Below are positions 28,043 to 38,029 of a stretch of 64,000 nucleotides of DNA, in pieces. Numbering within the stretch: position 1 is the stretch's first letter; each line of letters begins with the position of its first letter. This stretch comes from an uncultured Candidatus Saccharibacteria bacterium (GTDB taxonomy: Bacteria > Patescibacteriota > Minisyncoccia > Phycocordibacterales > UBA5272). The notes beneath the pieces were generated by a model, which saw only the letters and a list, made by a program, of their open reading frames with translations, searched no databases and was not told the origin of the DNA. Location: the NCBI GenBank assembly GCA_964544935.1, contig CAZJDZ010000002.1:30668-94667 (forward strand), in the 5' to 3' direction. The position numbers were made by a program, and so were the translations under genes.

Positions 28043-28738
28043 ATGATTGATTGTAAACATATTGTTAAAGATTATTCAGACGGAGAGACTGTTACACATG
28101 TCCTTAAAGGTGTTAGTTTCCATGTAAAAAAAGGAGAGTTTGTTGCGATCATGGGGCCATCGGGTTCAGGTAAGTCGACACTCATGAATATTATTGGACT
28201 TCTAGATACTCCCACTAAAGGTACATATATACTTGATAATAAAGATGTTTCACAATTGTCTGACGATGAGCAGGCAGCAATACGTGCTGAGAAAATTGGT
28301 TTTGTGTTTCAGTCATTTAATCTGCTTCCTCGTACAACAGTGCTTCGCAATGTTATGCTCCCACTCCTATATGCTCATCTACCAGTAGAAGAACGTGAGA
28401 TTCGTGCAAAGAAAGCACTTACTTCCGCAGGGTTTCCTGAGGATAGGTGGTACAACTTATCTAATCAGCTCTCAGGAGGGCAGATACAGCGAGTCGCCAT
28501 TGCGCGAGCACTTGTGAACGATCCAAGTATTATTCTTGCAGACGAACCAACTGGAAATTTAGATACCAAAACTGGCGAGATTGTACTTGCAACTTTTAAA
28601 AAATTAAACAAAGAAGAGGGACGTACAATTATTCTTATTACTCACGAAGGAGATGTTGCAAAGCATGCGGACAGAACTATTCATGTGCGCGATGGTGATA
28701 TTGTTGAGAGTCATCATGCGCAGCACGTGCGTAATTAA
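28043..28738 (+). CDS. ABC transporter ATP-binding protein (MacB/LolD type)
   Basis: [28 protein letters not shown]. Confidence 0.95.
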   Translation: MIDCKHIVKDYSDGETVTHVLKGVSFHVKKGEFVAIMGPSGSGKSTLMNIIGLLDTPTKGTYILDNKDVSQLSDDEQAAIRAEKIGFVFQSFNLLPRTTVLRNVMLPLLYAHLPVEEREIRAKKALTSAGFPEDRWYNLSNQLSGGQIQRVAIARALVNDPSIILADEPTGNLDTKTGEIVLATFKKLNKEEGRTIILITHEGDVAKHADRTIHVRDGDIVESHHAQHVRN

Positions 28739-29970
28739 TGTATAACACTATGACACTTAACGACCTTTTTGAAGAGACATTTACATCAATTAAAGCAAAT
28801 CAAGCTCGTACAGCACTTACTGTGCTTGGTATTGTGATTGGTATTGCATCTGTAATTGTTATGCTTGCAATTGGTAACGGTGCACAAAGTTCAATTGCTG
28901 CCAGTATCAATTCCTTAGGGTCAAATATTCTTACTATTACTGGCGGTGGAAGTAATCGACAAGGAGGAGTTAATGCTGGGCGTTCAAATCAGCAAACTCT
29001 TACATACGATGATGCAGAAGCGATTCGAGAAAAAATTTTTCTAGCCAAAGAAGTTTCTCCAGAACTTAACTCTCGTTCACAGGTTGTTGCAGAAGGCAAT
29101 AATACTAATACAACGGTTCTGGGAGCTGTTCCTTCATATGGAACTGCGCATGCAGTTGTAATGACTGAAGGAGATTTTATTACTGATGCACAGTATAGAA
29201 GTGCTGCTCGAGTTGCAGTCCTTGGCCCAACGACACGAGACGATCTATTTGGTGTCGGGGGAGATGCTGTTGGTAAAGAAATTCGTATCGCGGGTGCACG
29301 TTTTACTGTGATAGGAATCACCAAGTCAAAAGGAGGAAGTGGTTTTGGTAATCAAGATGATCGTGTATTTATACCACTCACTACGGCACAGCGCTATATT
29401 TCAGGAGGAGAATTTGTAAGCACTATTGCAGTGACTACTGAAAATCAAGAAGATTTAGCAGCTCTTCAAACAGAAATTACAGAGCTTCTTCTCGAACGAC
29501 ATAATAAGACATCTTTATCTGAAGCTGATTTTAGTATTTTTAATCAAGCGGATCTTGCAAGTACAGCACAGTCAATCACAAGTATATTCACTATTTTACT
29601 TTCATCAGTCGCTTCTATTTCACTTCTCGTTGGGGGAATTGGAATTATGAATATGATGCTTACTAACGTTCGTGAAAGAACTAGAGAAATAGGTCTTCGA
29701 AAAGCAATTGGAGCAAAGAAGAAAGATATCAGTAATCAATTTCTTATGGAATCAATTGCAGTTACGTTGCTTGGAGGGGTTATTGGAGTTATATTTGGTG
29801 TTGCGGTTGCATACGGAATTTCTTCTCTCGGAGTGCTACAGACCCAAGTATCTCTTAATCCTATTTTACTTGCATTCGGTGTGTCTGCTGCAATCGGTAT
29901 TATTTTTGGTTATTACCCAGCAAAGAAAGCTTCCGAACTTAATCCAATTGAAGCACTTAGATATGAATAA
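28738..29970 (+). CDS. ABC transporter permease (MacB type)
   Basis: LTVLGIVIGI, GGIGIMNMML.V.ERTREIG, PIEALRYE. Confidence 0.95.
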   Translation: MYNTMTLNDLFEETFTSIKANQARTALTVLGIVIGIASVIVMLAIGNGAQSSIAASINSLGSNILTITGGGSNRQGGVNAGRSNQQTLTYDDAEAIREKIFLAKEVSPELNSRSQVVAEGNNTNTTVLGAVPSYGTAHAVVMTEGDFITDAQYRSAARVAVLGPTTRDDLFGVGGDAVGKEIRIAGARFTVIGITKSKGGSGFGNQDDRVFIPLTTAQRYISGGEFVSTIAVTTENQEDLAALQTEITELLLERHNKTSLSEADFSIFNQADLASTAQSITSIFTILLSSVASISLLVGGIGIMNMMLTNVRERTREIGLRKAIGAKKKDISNQFLMESIAVTLLGGVIGVIFGVAVAYGISSLGVLQTQVSLNPILLAFGVSAAIGIIFGYYPAKKASELNPIEALRYE

Positions 29971-30014
29971 TTCGTTATTCCTTGTGTTTTAGGCTCTCTG
30001 AGCGTATCGTTTAT

Positions 30015-30246
30015 AGAGGGTGTTGCTCCCGCAACATTTTGGAGCGAAATCATGGTAGATCCTGTTCTGTACTTGACCGTGCTCTTCCAACCGATGCTTC
30101 GCATCATGGGGGCCTTCTACTTGCCATTTCTGTACCTGCCAGACATGCGCAGGATAAGCACTCACAAAGAGAAGGGGTGAAAATGTTTCTTTTGTTTACT
30201 GCGCAGTGCCGACATTTACGAAAGGAGTGTCGGCCTTGTTTTTTTG
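30015..30246 (+). ncRNA. candidate structured ncRNA (weak 6S-like features)
   Basis: Non-coding ~300-bp gap with stems and a terminal hairpin GCCGACA/TGTCGGC + U-tract. Confidence 0.35.
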
Positions 30247-30298
30247 TAAGGTATATGAGGAGTACCTTTAAGGCGCACATGGTAAACTTAGTATATTT

Positions 30299-30895
30299 AT
30301 GTATACAATCGGCATTGATGAAGTTGGTCGTGGCCCAATTGCTGGACCCCTTGTTGTTTGTGCGTGCGCTATACAAGTTGGAATTAATATTCTTAAACTT
30401 TTTCCTCATGAAGAACTTCGTGATAGCAAAAAACTAACTGAAAAGAAACGTCTGACAATCATGGAGCGGTTACCTGTATATGTAGAAGAAGGAATAGTAG
30501 TTTTTGGTATTGGGGAGGTGTCATCTGAGAGATTAGACCAAGTTGGTTTATCGTTCGCAATTAAAGAAGCTCTTGCAGAAGCTCTTGCAAAAGTTCATGC
30601 ACAAGAAGTGCCACAAGATTCTTTTATTTTTCTTGATGGATCACTTAAAGCTGATGGAAAGTATCAACAAGAGACAATTATCAAAGGAGATGAAAAAATT
30701 CCAGAGATTGCACTTGCTTCAATTATCGCAAAAACGCATAGAGATACGTATATGAAAAAAATAAGCGAGGTGTACCCTTTCTACGGTTTTGAAAAGCATG
30801 TTGGGTATGGTACCAAAGCACATTATCAAGCTATTAAAGAAAATGGACTTACACCACTCCATCGTAAAACTTTTTTAAAAGGTCTGGTTATATAA
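30299..30895 (+). CDS. rnhB: ribonuclease HII
   Basis: GIDEVGRGP.AGP, DSKKL, KGD, ASIIAK..RD, GYGT, HR.TF. Confidence 0.96.
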   Translation: MYTIGIDEVGRGPIAGPLVVCACAIQVGINILKLFPHEELRDSKKLTEKKRLTIMERLPVYVEEGIVVFGIGEVSSERLDQVGLSFAIKEALAEALAKVHAQEVPQDSFIFLDGSLKADGKYQQETIIKGDEKIPEIALASIIAKTHRDTYMKKISEVYPFYGFEKHVGYGTKAHYQAIKENGLTPLHRKTFLKGLVI

Positions 30896-30937
30896 ATATA
30901 TAGCTCTTTTTACTATCGGGAGTATACTGGGGTATAT

Positions 30938-31321
30938 ATGAGTAGTATTTTTTCAAAAATTATAGTAAATGAGATTCCAGGGTATAAAATTTATGAGGAT
31001 GAATATGTGTGCGCTATTTTAGATATTAATCCGATTCAAAAAGGACATGTTCTTGTTATTCCAAAACAAGAAGTTGATCAACTTTTTGAACTTGATGAAA
31101 AAATGTATGACAGGGTCATGCATCGAGTCCGGTACTTAGCTCAAGTTATTAAAGGAAAAACTGACTGTGCTCGTGTTTGTGTATTTGTGGAAGGGTATGG
31201 TGTACCGCATGCACATGTTCACCTTGTTCCCACTCGTACTGCTGAAGATTTTGATAAGAAATTTGTTTACAAAGCAACCACAGAGGAGTTAGAAGAAATG
31301 CAAGCACTTTTACGGTCATAG
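30938..31321 (+). CDS. HIT-family protein
   Basis: IFSKI, GHVLVIPK, VPHAHVHLVP. Confidence 0.95.
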   Translation: MSSIFSKIIVNEIPGYKIYEDEYVCAILDINPIQKGHVLVIPKQEVDQLFELDEKMYDRVMHRVRYLAQVIKGKTDCARVCVFVEGYGVPHAHVHLVPTRTAEDFDKKFVYKATTEELEEMQALLRS

Positions 31322-31327
31322 TTTTTT

Positions 31328-31681
31328 ATGAAATATCTTGCTATACGCACAGTTGCAGTTCTCCTTGCTAGTTATATTACACGAGTAGGTGTTCCTATTG
31401 CTATTACGTCATTTCCGTTTGTTGTAAGCACACTCTGGCTTGGTCTTGTGACAGCAGTTGTTCTCGGGTTTATCAACCATACGATTAAGCCGCTATTTAT
31501 GTTAGTTTCCATTCCAATTAATCTAGTGACACTTGGACTGTTCTCTTTTGTTATTAACGGAGCAATGATTCTTTTGGCAGATACAATTGTGCCAGGGTTT
31601 AGTGTTCCATCACTTATTATGGCTATCTACTTTTCAATTGTGCTTGCTATCGTTAATGCTGTACTTCATGTGTTTGAATAA
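31328..31681 (+). CDS. 4-TM membrane protein (phage holin superfamily IV / DUF360-like)
   Basis: IKP....SIP...TLGLF.FVING pattern. Confidence 0.85.
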   Translation: MKYLAIRTVAVLLASYITRVGVPIAITSFPFVVSTLWLGLVTAVVLGFINHTIKPLFMLVSIPINLVTLGLFSFVINGAMILLADTIVPGFSVPSLIMAIYFSIVLAIVNAVLHVFE

Positions 31682-31730
31682 CATTACAGTAGAGCACTCA
31701 CAATATCCTTCGGTTCCAAAGATACACAAA

Positions 31731-32237
31731 TTATTTATTTTTCGGTAGTGTACTTGTGCTTTCTTCAGAGTGTTCTTCTTGAATCTCTTCCACATCTTCC
31801 TGAATCTCATCAACATCTTTTTGAATCTCTTCCACATCCTCCTGAATCTCATCAACATCTTTTTGAATTTCTTCGATATCTTCCTGAATCTCTTCATGAG
31901 CTTCTTGAATTCCTTCTACATCTTCTGCGATCTCGCCAACATCTTCTGCGATCTCCTCTACATCTTCCGCAATCTCGTCAATTTCTTTTTCAACACTTGC
32001 GATAGCACGTGCTTGGTAGTTGACACTAAGTTGAATGAAGATTGAGAGATAAATTGCCTCAAGCGAGAGTACTGTTGTGAGTACAAGAAGCACCCTGTCG
32101 AAGTCAAAACCAAACAAAACAAGCGCGAAAGCACTAATAAATAAAATGGTATGGATGATGACGGAAGGTACTGAACCAACACCTCGAGTTACCGAAAGAG
32201 CCAGTGTTTCCAAGCGATTAAGAGGAATTGTAGACAT
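31731..32237 (-). CDS. DUF1003-like membrane protein with acidic heptad coiled coil
   Basis: Two TMs, SLEAIYLSIFI, (EEIQEDV)n; start placed at MSTIP. Confidence 0.8.
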   Translation of the reverse strand: MSTIPLNRLETLALSVTRGVGSVPSVIIHTILFISAFALVLFGFDFDRVLLVLTTVLSLEAIYLSIFIQLSVNYQARAIASVEKEIDEIAEDVEEIAEDVGEIAEDVEGIQEAHEEIQEDIEEIQKDVDEIQEDVEEIQKDVDEIQEDVEEIQEEHSEESTSTLPKNK

Positions 32238-32274
32238 AGTTTCCACTATATCATGAAAATGCTAGAATTAAATA

Positions 32275-33408
32275 ATGATAGTAACAATTGTAATGTTAAT
32301 TGCTCTTTTGTTTGTTATGGTTATTGTCTTTGGAATCCGTTCACTTTATTTACTTAGCTCTTCTCATAAACATTCTATGCAAGCAGATATGAAAACAAAA
32401 GCTCTCGATGTGTTTCTTTATTTAGGTATAGCTATTTCGCTTATTGTTTCAGTTACTAATTTTTTACAAGTTATTTTTGCTGCAGTTGATAGAAAGTTTG
32501 TTGATATTTTGCAAGCAACGGTATATGTAGACAGTACTGCTTCTGATGTGCGTTTTGCGATTGCATCACTTGTTGTTATGTTTCCAATTTATATGTTGCT
32601 TTCTTGGTATGTGTCACGTGATATTGTTAAATTTTTGTATAAGCAAGATATTTTTATTCGCAAGGTAATGATTTATTGTACTTTGTTTATAACAGTGCTT
32701 ACTTTAATTGGAACACTTGTTTCAGTTATCTATAACTACTTAGGAGGAGATCTTTCTGTTAGTTTTGGATTAAAAGCAGTAAGTGTATTTGTGGTGGCAC
32801 TTGCACTCTTTGCGTACTACTACTATTCACTTCGTCGTGACTATTCAAAAACAACTTTAGTACCTATTGTTATTGCAGTATTTGTATCATTATTGATTAC
32901 TGCACTAGTAATATGGAGTGTCTCAATTATTGGGGGGCCAAGCACAATGCGTGCTATGAAAATAGATAATGTACGTCTGTCAGATATTTCCGGTATTCAG
33001 AGCCAGATTGTTAATCGAGTACAAATGACTGATAAGTTACCAGTATCATTAAGTGAACTTACAAATATGATCCAAGAGTATCAGGCTCCAGTTGACCCAA
33101 TTACTAAAGAATTGTATGTGTATAGAGTCATTCAACAGCCAGTTATCAAAGCTAATTACGGTACTAATAAGAAAGAAATGACAACAGAAGCTATCTTTGA
33201 ATTGTGTGCAACATTTGACACAGTGCGAAATGTCGATGCTCGAGGGCAGAGTATTCCTATGATTGATAAAGGAGGAGTATTATCAGAAAGCTTCTATTCT
33301 GCAAATAATTATTATAACAGTGGAGATATATCTCCATTTTGGAACCATGGAGTAGGCGAGACATGTTTCAAGAGAATTATTTCTCCTGATATGTATTACG
33401 GAAGATAA
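32275..33408 (+). CDS. DUF5671-like multi-TM protein with C-terminal exported domain
   Basis: RFAIASLVV.FP, IY.TLFI, D..RLSDI, DP.T...Y.Y, FELCATF. Confidence 0.75.
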   Translation: MIVTIVMLIALLFVMVIVFGIRSLYLLSSSHKHSMQADMKTKALDVFLYLGIAISLIVSVTNFLQVIFAAVDRKFVDILQATVYVDSTASDVRFAIASLVVMFPIYMLLSWYVSRDIVKFLYKQDIFIRKVMIYCTLFITVLTLIGTLVSVIYNYLGGDLSVSFGLKAVSVFVVALALFAYYYYSLRRDYSKTTLVPIVIAVFVSLLITALVIWSVSIIGGPSTMRAMKIDNVRLSDISGIQSQIVNRVQMTDKLPVSLSELTNMIQEYQAPVDPITKELYVYRVIQQPVIKANYGTNKKEMTTEAIFELCATFDTVRNVDARGQSIPMIDKGGVLSESFYSANNYYNSGDISPFWNHGVGETCFKRIISPDMYYGR

Positions 33409-33422
33409 CTTCCTTAAATGAG

Positions 33423-33902
33423 ATGTTACATGAAAAAATAGATCTCAAAAAGATTGCTCTTTTCTATACTGGAGAGTGGCACTGCTTCGATCCATTTTCA
33501 GCATATAATGTGGAATATAATGGGAGGGTATGGATGACTGTTGAGCATGCATATCAAGCGGCAAGATTTGTTGATACATCTATTGTTGATAAAATCTACA
33601 ACGCATCTTCACCGTATATGGCAAAAGAAATCGCTCGGAAAGAAAAAATCAATAAACAAGTAATTGTTTCTGATTGGGAAACTCAAAAGCTTGAGGTAAT
33701 GAGAGAGCTTATTCGTTTAAAAATAGAACAGCACCCAGATGTACGCAAGAAGCTTTTGGAAAGTGGGGATCTTCTTATTGTTGAAGATTCTCCAACGGAC
33801 TCATATTGGGGGAGAGGTGAAGATTGGAATGGACAGAATAATCTTGGGAAACTTTGGATGGAGAAACGAGAAGAACTACGTAAAGAGATACTTCTAAAAT
33901 AA
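33423..33902 (+). CDS. NADAR (YbiA-like) family protein
   Basis: TVEHAYQA.F, VEDSPTDSYWG, GQNNLGKLWM. Confidence 0.93.
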   Translation: MLHEKIDLKKIALFYTGEWHCFDPFSAYNVEYNGRVWMTVEHAYQAARFVDTSIVDKIYNASSPYMAKEIARKEKINKQVIVSDWETQKLEVMRELIRLKIEQHPDVRKKLLESGDLLIVEDSPTDSYWGRGEDWNGQNNLGKLWMEKREELRKEILLK

Positions 33903-33986
33903 GAATAGTTCTTGTCAAAAACCAAATTACCAAAAGTTATTTGGTTTTTGTTTTGAGAGGGTTTGATAATTTGGTAGTATAGAGAT

Positions 33987-36839
33987 ATGAAGTTATACGA
34001 CCATAAAACTAATGATGCAAAATGGCAAAAGAAATGGGAGGAAGCAAAACTCTATGAGACCCCAAAGCTTCCTACTCACAAAAAAGCGTACATTCTCGAT
34101 ATGTTCCCATACCCGTCTGGTGAAGGGCTCCATGTTGGTCATCCTAAAGGTTACATTGCAACAGATATCTATTCACGTTTTAAGCGTATGAATGGCTACG
34201 ATGTACTTCACCCGATGGGGTGGGATGCATTTGGTCTTCCTGCGGAACAATTTGCGATTAAGAACAAGATTCACCCTCGCATAGCGGTAGAGAAGAATGT
34301 TACCAACTTCAAGCAGCAGCTTTCACATCTTGGTCTTGATTATGATTGGTCACGAGAAATTAACACAACCGATCCTGAGTTCTATAAATGGACACAATGG
34401 ATTTTTACGAAGCTTTATGAGAAAGGTTTAGCATATGAAAGTCATGAGCCTATCAACTGGTGTCCATCGTGTAAGACAGGTCTTGCTAATGAAGACTTGG
34501 ACGGGGACAAATGTGAACGTTGCGACAGCATTGTAGAAAAGAAACCACTTCGTCAGTGGGTGCTTAAGATTACAGACTATGCAGACAGAATGCTTGCCGA
34601 TCTCGACACATTGCAGTGGCCAGAAGGTGTGAAGACTGCACAGAAGAACTGGATTGGAAGAAGTGAGGGGGCAGAATTTGATTTTGAACTTGCTGATATG
34701 AATGGAAAGACTGTACGAGTTTTTACAACACGGCTAGACACACTCTTTGGTGCCACCTTTGTTGCAATTTCAGCTGAGCTTGCTTCAACATGGTTTGATG
34801 AAGGAAAGATAGTTGGGTCTGACATCAAGGACTTCATTATAAAGACACTTGAAGATAAGAAAAAAGAAAATGACTACTCAGTTGTTCCTGAGAAAGAGGG
34901 TGTCTTCACGGGAGTGTACGCTGTCAACCCAGCTACTCAAGAAAAGATTCCAGTATGGATTGCTAACTATGTTTTAGGTACTGTAGGGACCGGGGCAATT
35001 ATGGCAGTACCTGCACACGATGACCGCGATTATGATTTTGCAAAGAAGTACGGGATTGAAATTAAACAAGTCATCACCCCAAAAAGATATGATGTAAAGA
35101 ACCCTTTTGTCGAAGGTTGGCCAGTAGTTGAAAGAAAAATGGTTCAGGTTCTTCTTCGAAACCAGAAAGATGATACCTATTTATTTTTGAAGTGGAAAAA
35201 TCAACCATGGGTAACTTTTGTGGGAGGAGGGATAGACGAAGGTGAAGATGTTCATGGTGCTGCATTACGCGAATTACTGGAAGAAGCGGGTATTTCTAAT
35301 GTAACATTTGTTAAAAAACTTTCAGTTGTAAGAAGTGAATATAGTGCAAACCATAAACAGCAAAACAGGGTTTCTTATTGCGAAGCACTTGTTTTTGATA
35401 CAAATGATAGCACTATTTTTGATAAGGTATCAGGGGATGAACAGGCACAGTATGAAGTTTTCTGGGGGAAGATTACTGCCTTGCCAAAAGAATTTGTTTG
35501 TAGTGAGTGGGATGTGTGGCAATCAGAAGTACTTAATAATTTTCCAAAAGGTCTTCTTGAAGGAGGTGTCATCATTAATTCTGATGGTTACACAGGTCTT
35601 GCAAATGAAGAAGCGAAGAAAAAAATCACCGATGACTTTGGTGGTAAAAAAGTTGTAACCTACAAGATACAGGACTGGGTCTTTGCACGCCAGCGCTATT
35701 GGGGTGAGCCGTTTCCAGTTGTCCGTGATAAGGATGGAAAGGTCTACATGGTGGATGAAAGCGAACTCCCTGTACTTCTTCCGGAAGTTGAGAGTTATGA
35801 GCCAACAGGGACCGGTGAGTCGCCACTTGCAGCAATAACTGACTGGGTGAATGTAAGAGGGGGGATCACTGACAAAGGGACATTCAGACAATCAGACAGT
35901 GGAACCATGTTCACAAGAGAAACAAATACTATGCCACAGTGGGCTGGTTCATCATGGTACTATCTCAGATTCCTTGATCCACATAATAGCCAAGCACTTG
36001 TTGATCCAGCAATTGAAAAAGCATGGGCGCCAGTTGATGTATATGTAGGTGGAGATCATGCAACAAGACACCTCATTTACGCACGATTCTGGCATAAGTT
36101 TCTATATGATATTGGAGTGGTGAGTACTATTGAGCCATTTTCTAGACTTGAGTTCCTTGGATTTATCCTTGCAGAAGATGGTCGTAAGATGAGTAAGCGT
36201 TGGGGGAATATTATCAATCCAGATGATGTAGTTGCTGAATATGGTGCAGATACGCTCCGAGTCTACGAGATGTTCATGGCACCGTTTGAACAAACAGCTG
36301 CATGGAGTACTTCAAGTATCAAGGGTGCAGACAAGTTTCTTGACCGTGTCTACGCTTTGAGAGCTAAATATACAGAGACAAGTACAGTAGAAAATATTCT
36401 TCATAAAACTATCAAAAAAGTTACAGAAGATATAGAGAACTTTAAGTTCAATACCGCAGTTTCAGCAATGATGATACTTGTGAATGAGATGGAAGCGGGG
36501 TCTTTTACTAAAGATGATTACGAAAAACTACTCCAGATTCTTGCACCATTTGCTCCCCATCTCACAGAAGAATGTTTCTCTGAACTCGGAAGTATTTCAT
36601 CAGTTCACTCATCTTCTTGGCCAGAATTTGATGAAAGTAAGCTTGTAGAAACAACAGTTACAATAGCTATTCAGATAGCAGGAAAGATGCGCGGAACTAT
36701 AGAAATCCCAAAAAATGCAGAAGATCCTGTCGTTTTAGATATGGTCAAAAAACATGAGAGTTATCAAAAATACGTTGTAAATACAGAGCCTAAAAAGATA
36801 ATCATTGTCAAAAATAAGATAATCAATATCGTAATTTGA
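33987..36839 (+). CDS. leuS: leucine--tRNA ligase with inserted Nudix domain
   Basis: MFPYPSG.GLHVGH, FTTR.DT, GTGAIMAVPAHD.RD, RQRYWG, KMSKR; Nudix box inside the CP1 region. Confidence 0.97.
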   Translation: MKLYDHKTNDAKWQKKWEEAKLYETPKLPTHKKAYILDMFPYPSGEGLHVGHPKGYIATDIYSRFKRMNGYDVLHPMGWDAFGLPAEQFAIKNKIHPRIAVEKNVTNFKQQLSHLGLDYDWSREINTTDPEFYKWTQWIFTKLYEKGLAYESHEPINWCPSCKTGLANEDLDGDKCERCDSIVEKKPLRQWVLKITDYADRMLADLDTLQWPEGVKTAQKNWIGRSEGAEFDFELADMNGKTVRVFTTRLDTLFGATFVAISAELASTWFDEGKIVGSDIKDFIIKTLEDKKKENDYSVVPEKEGVFTGVYAVNPATQEKIPVWIANYVLGTVGTGAIMAVPAHDDRDYDFAKKYGIEIKQVITPKRYDVKNPFVEGWPVVERKMVQVLLRNQKDDTYLFLKWKNQPWVTFVGGGIDEGEDVHGAALRELLEEAGISNVTFVKKLSVVRSEYSANHKQQNRVSYCEALVFDTNDSTIFDKVSGDEQAQYEVFWGKITALPKEFVCSEWDVWQSEVLNNFPKGLLEGGVIINSDGYTGLANEEAKKKITDDFGGKKVVTYKIQDWVFARQRYWGEPFPVVRDKDGKVYMVDESELPVLLPEVESYEPTGTGESPLAAITDWVNVRGGITDKGTFRQSDSGTMFTRETNTMPQWAGSSWYYLRFLDPHNSQALVDPAIEKAWAPVDVYVGGDHATRHLIYARFWHKFLYDIGVVSTIEPFSRLEFLGFILAEDGRKMSKRWGNIINPDDVVAEYGADTLRVYEMFMAPFEQTAAWSTSSIKGADKFLDRVYALRAKYTETSTVENILHKTIKKVTEDIENFKFNTAVSAMMILVNEMEAGSFTKDDYEKLLQILAPFAPHLTEECFSELGSISSVHSSSWPEFDESKLVETTVTIAIQIAGKMRGTIEIPKNAEDPVVLDMVKKHESYQKYVVNTEPKKIIIVKNKIINIVI

Positions 36840-36888
36840 CGTTTTTGGCAAGTTCTGGTAGAATATAAAGAAAATTAACAACAACAAC

Positions 36889-37917
36889 ATGTCAGGTATC
36901 ACATTTAAACCAAAAGCAGTTTCAAAAAAGCTTCTCACAGCTTTGAACCCAAGAACCCGAGAAATCGTGGTTAATCGTTATGGTCTTGAAAAAGAGACTC
37001 GTATGACCCTTGAAGCAATCGGTAAGACGTACGATATCACTCGTGAACGTGTTCGTCAGATAGAAAATTTTGCCCTTGCTTCTATTAAGAAGTCAAAAGA
37101 ATATAAAGAGCACATTTTTGTATTTGAAGAGCTAAAGAAAATTGTTGCTGAACTCGGTTCTGTTGTTTCCGAGGATCACCTCATGCGTCATATCTCTAAA
37201 GATCCAGTGATTCAAAATCATATTAACCTATACCTTGCTTTAGGAGAAGATTTTAAAAAGCATAAGGAAGATGATCATTTCCATGCACACTTCACAACTG
37301 ATGATAAGACAGCAAATCATGTTCGTGATGCCCTCCATAAGTTGTATGCTTCTATCAATGAAGAAGACCTTGTAAGCGAAGAAGAAATTTTCAACCGTTT
37401 TATGGGTCATCTTACAGAGCTTATCGGTGAATACAAAGAAAATAAAGATATTATCTACCGTTACCTTGCACTTTCAAAAGTTATTGGTAAGAATCAGCTT
37501 AGTGAATGGGGAAGAACTTCATCTCCACACGTAAAGGCTCGTGGTATTAAGGATTATGCATACCTTATTATGCGTCGCGCTAATCGTCCAATGCACTTCA
37601 AAGAAGTGGCTATGGAAATCAATAAGACATTTGGCAAGAAAGCTCATGTAGCAACATGTCATAATGAACTTATTAAGGATTCTCGTTTCGTTCTTGTTGG
37701 TCGTGGTATGTATGGTCTTAAGGACTGGGGTCACACAGGAGGGGTTGTGCGTGATGTAATTTCTGAGGTTCTCAAGGAAGCAAGTCAGCCACTCTCAAAA
37801 GAAGAAATAATCAAGCGTGTACTTGCAAAGAGAATCGTTAAACCAAACACAGTTCTCGTTAACCTTCAAAATACAAAACATTTTCGTAAGGTTGCCGGAG
37901 AATATACGCTTGCGTAA
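36889..37917 (+). CDS. sigma-70 region 4 + winged-HTH (RNAP delta/HARE-HTH-like) protein
   Basis: TLEAIG..Y.ITRERVRQIE; PMHF.E, HNELI...RFVLVGRG.Y.L..W. Confidence 0.8.
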   Translation: MSGITFKPKAVSKKLLTALNPRTREIVVNRYGLEKETRMTLEAIGKTYDITRERVRQIENFALASIKKSKEYKEHIFVFEELKKIVAELGSVVSEDHLMRHISKDPVIQNHINLYLALGEDFKKHKEDDHFHAHFTTDDKTANHVRDALHKLYASINEEDLVSEEEIFNRFMGHLTELIGEYKENKDIIYRYLALSKVIGKNQLSEWGRTSSPHVKARGIKDYAYLIMRRANRPMHFKEVAMEINKTFGKKAHVATCHNELIKDSRFVLVGRGMYGLKDWGHTGGVVRDVISEVLKEASQPLSKEEIIKRVLAKRIVKPNTVLVNLQNTKHFRKVAGEYTLA

Positions 37918-38029
37918 AAAGACTTTTAAGAATATAGGACAGAAGAAAAGATACCTCAAGAGGTATCTTTTCTTCTTCTTGTACATCTTTAAGTCTTCTT
38001 AGAAGTATCTCTTGTGGTATACTTTTCTC

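Noticed and set aside
29982-30437. ORFs 29982-30437 (+) and 30104-30409 (-)
   Set aside because: They overlap rnhB, span a terminator and show no recognisable motifs
31328-31681. Prophage suggested by the holin-family gene
   Set aside because: The family is commonly chromosomal and there are no other phage genes
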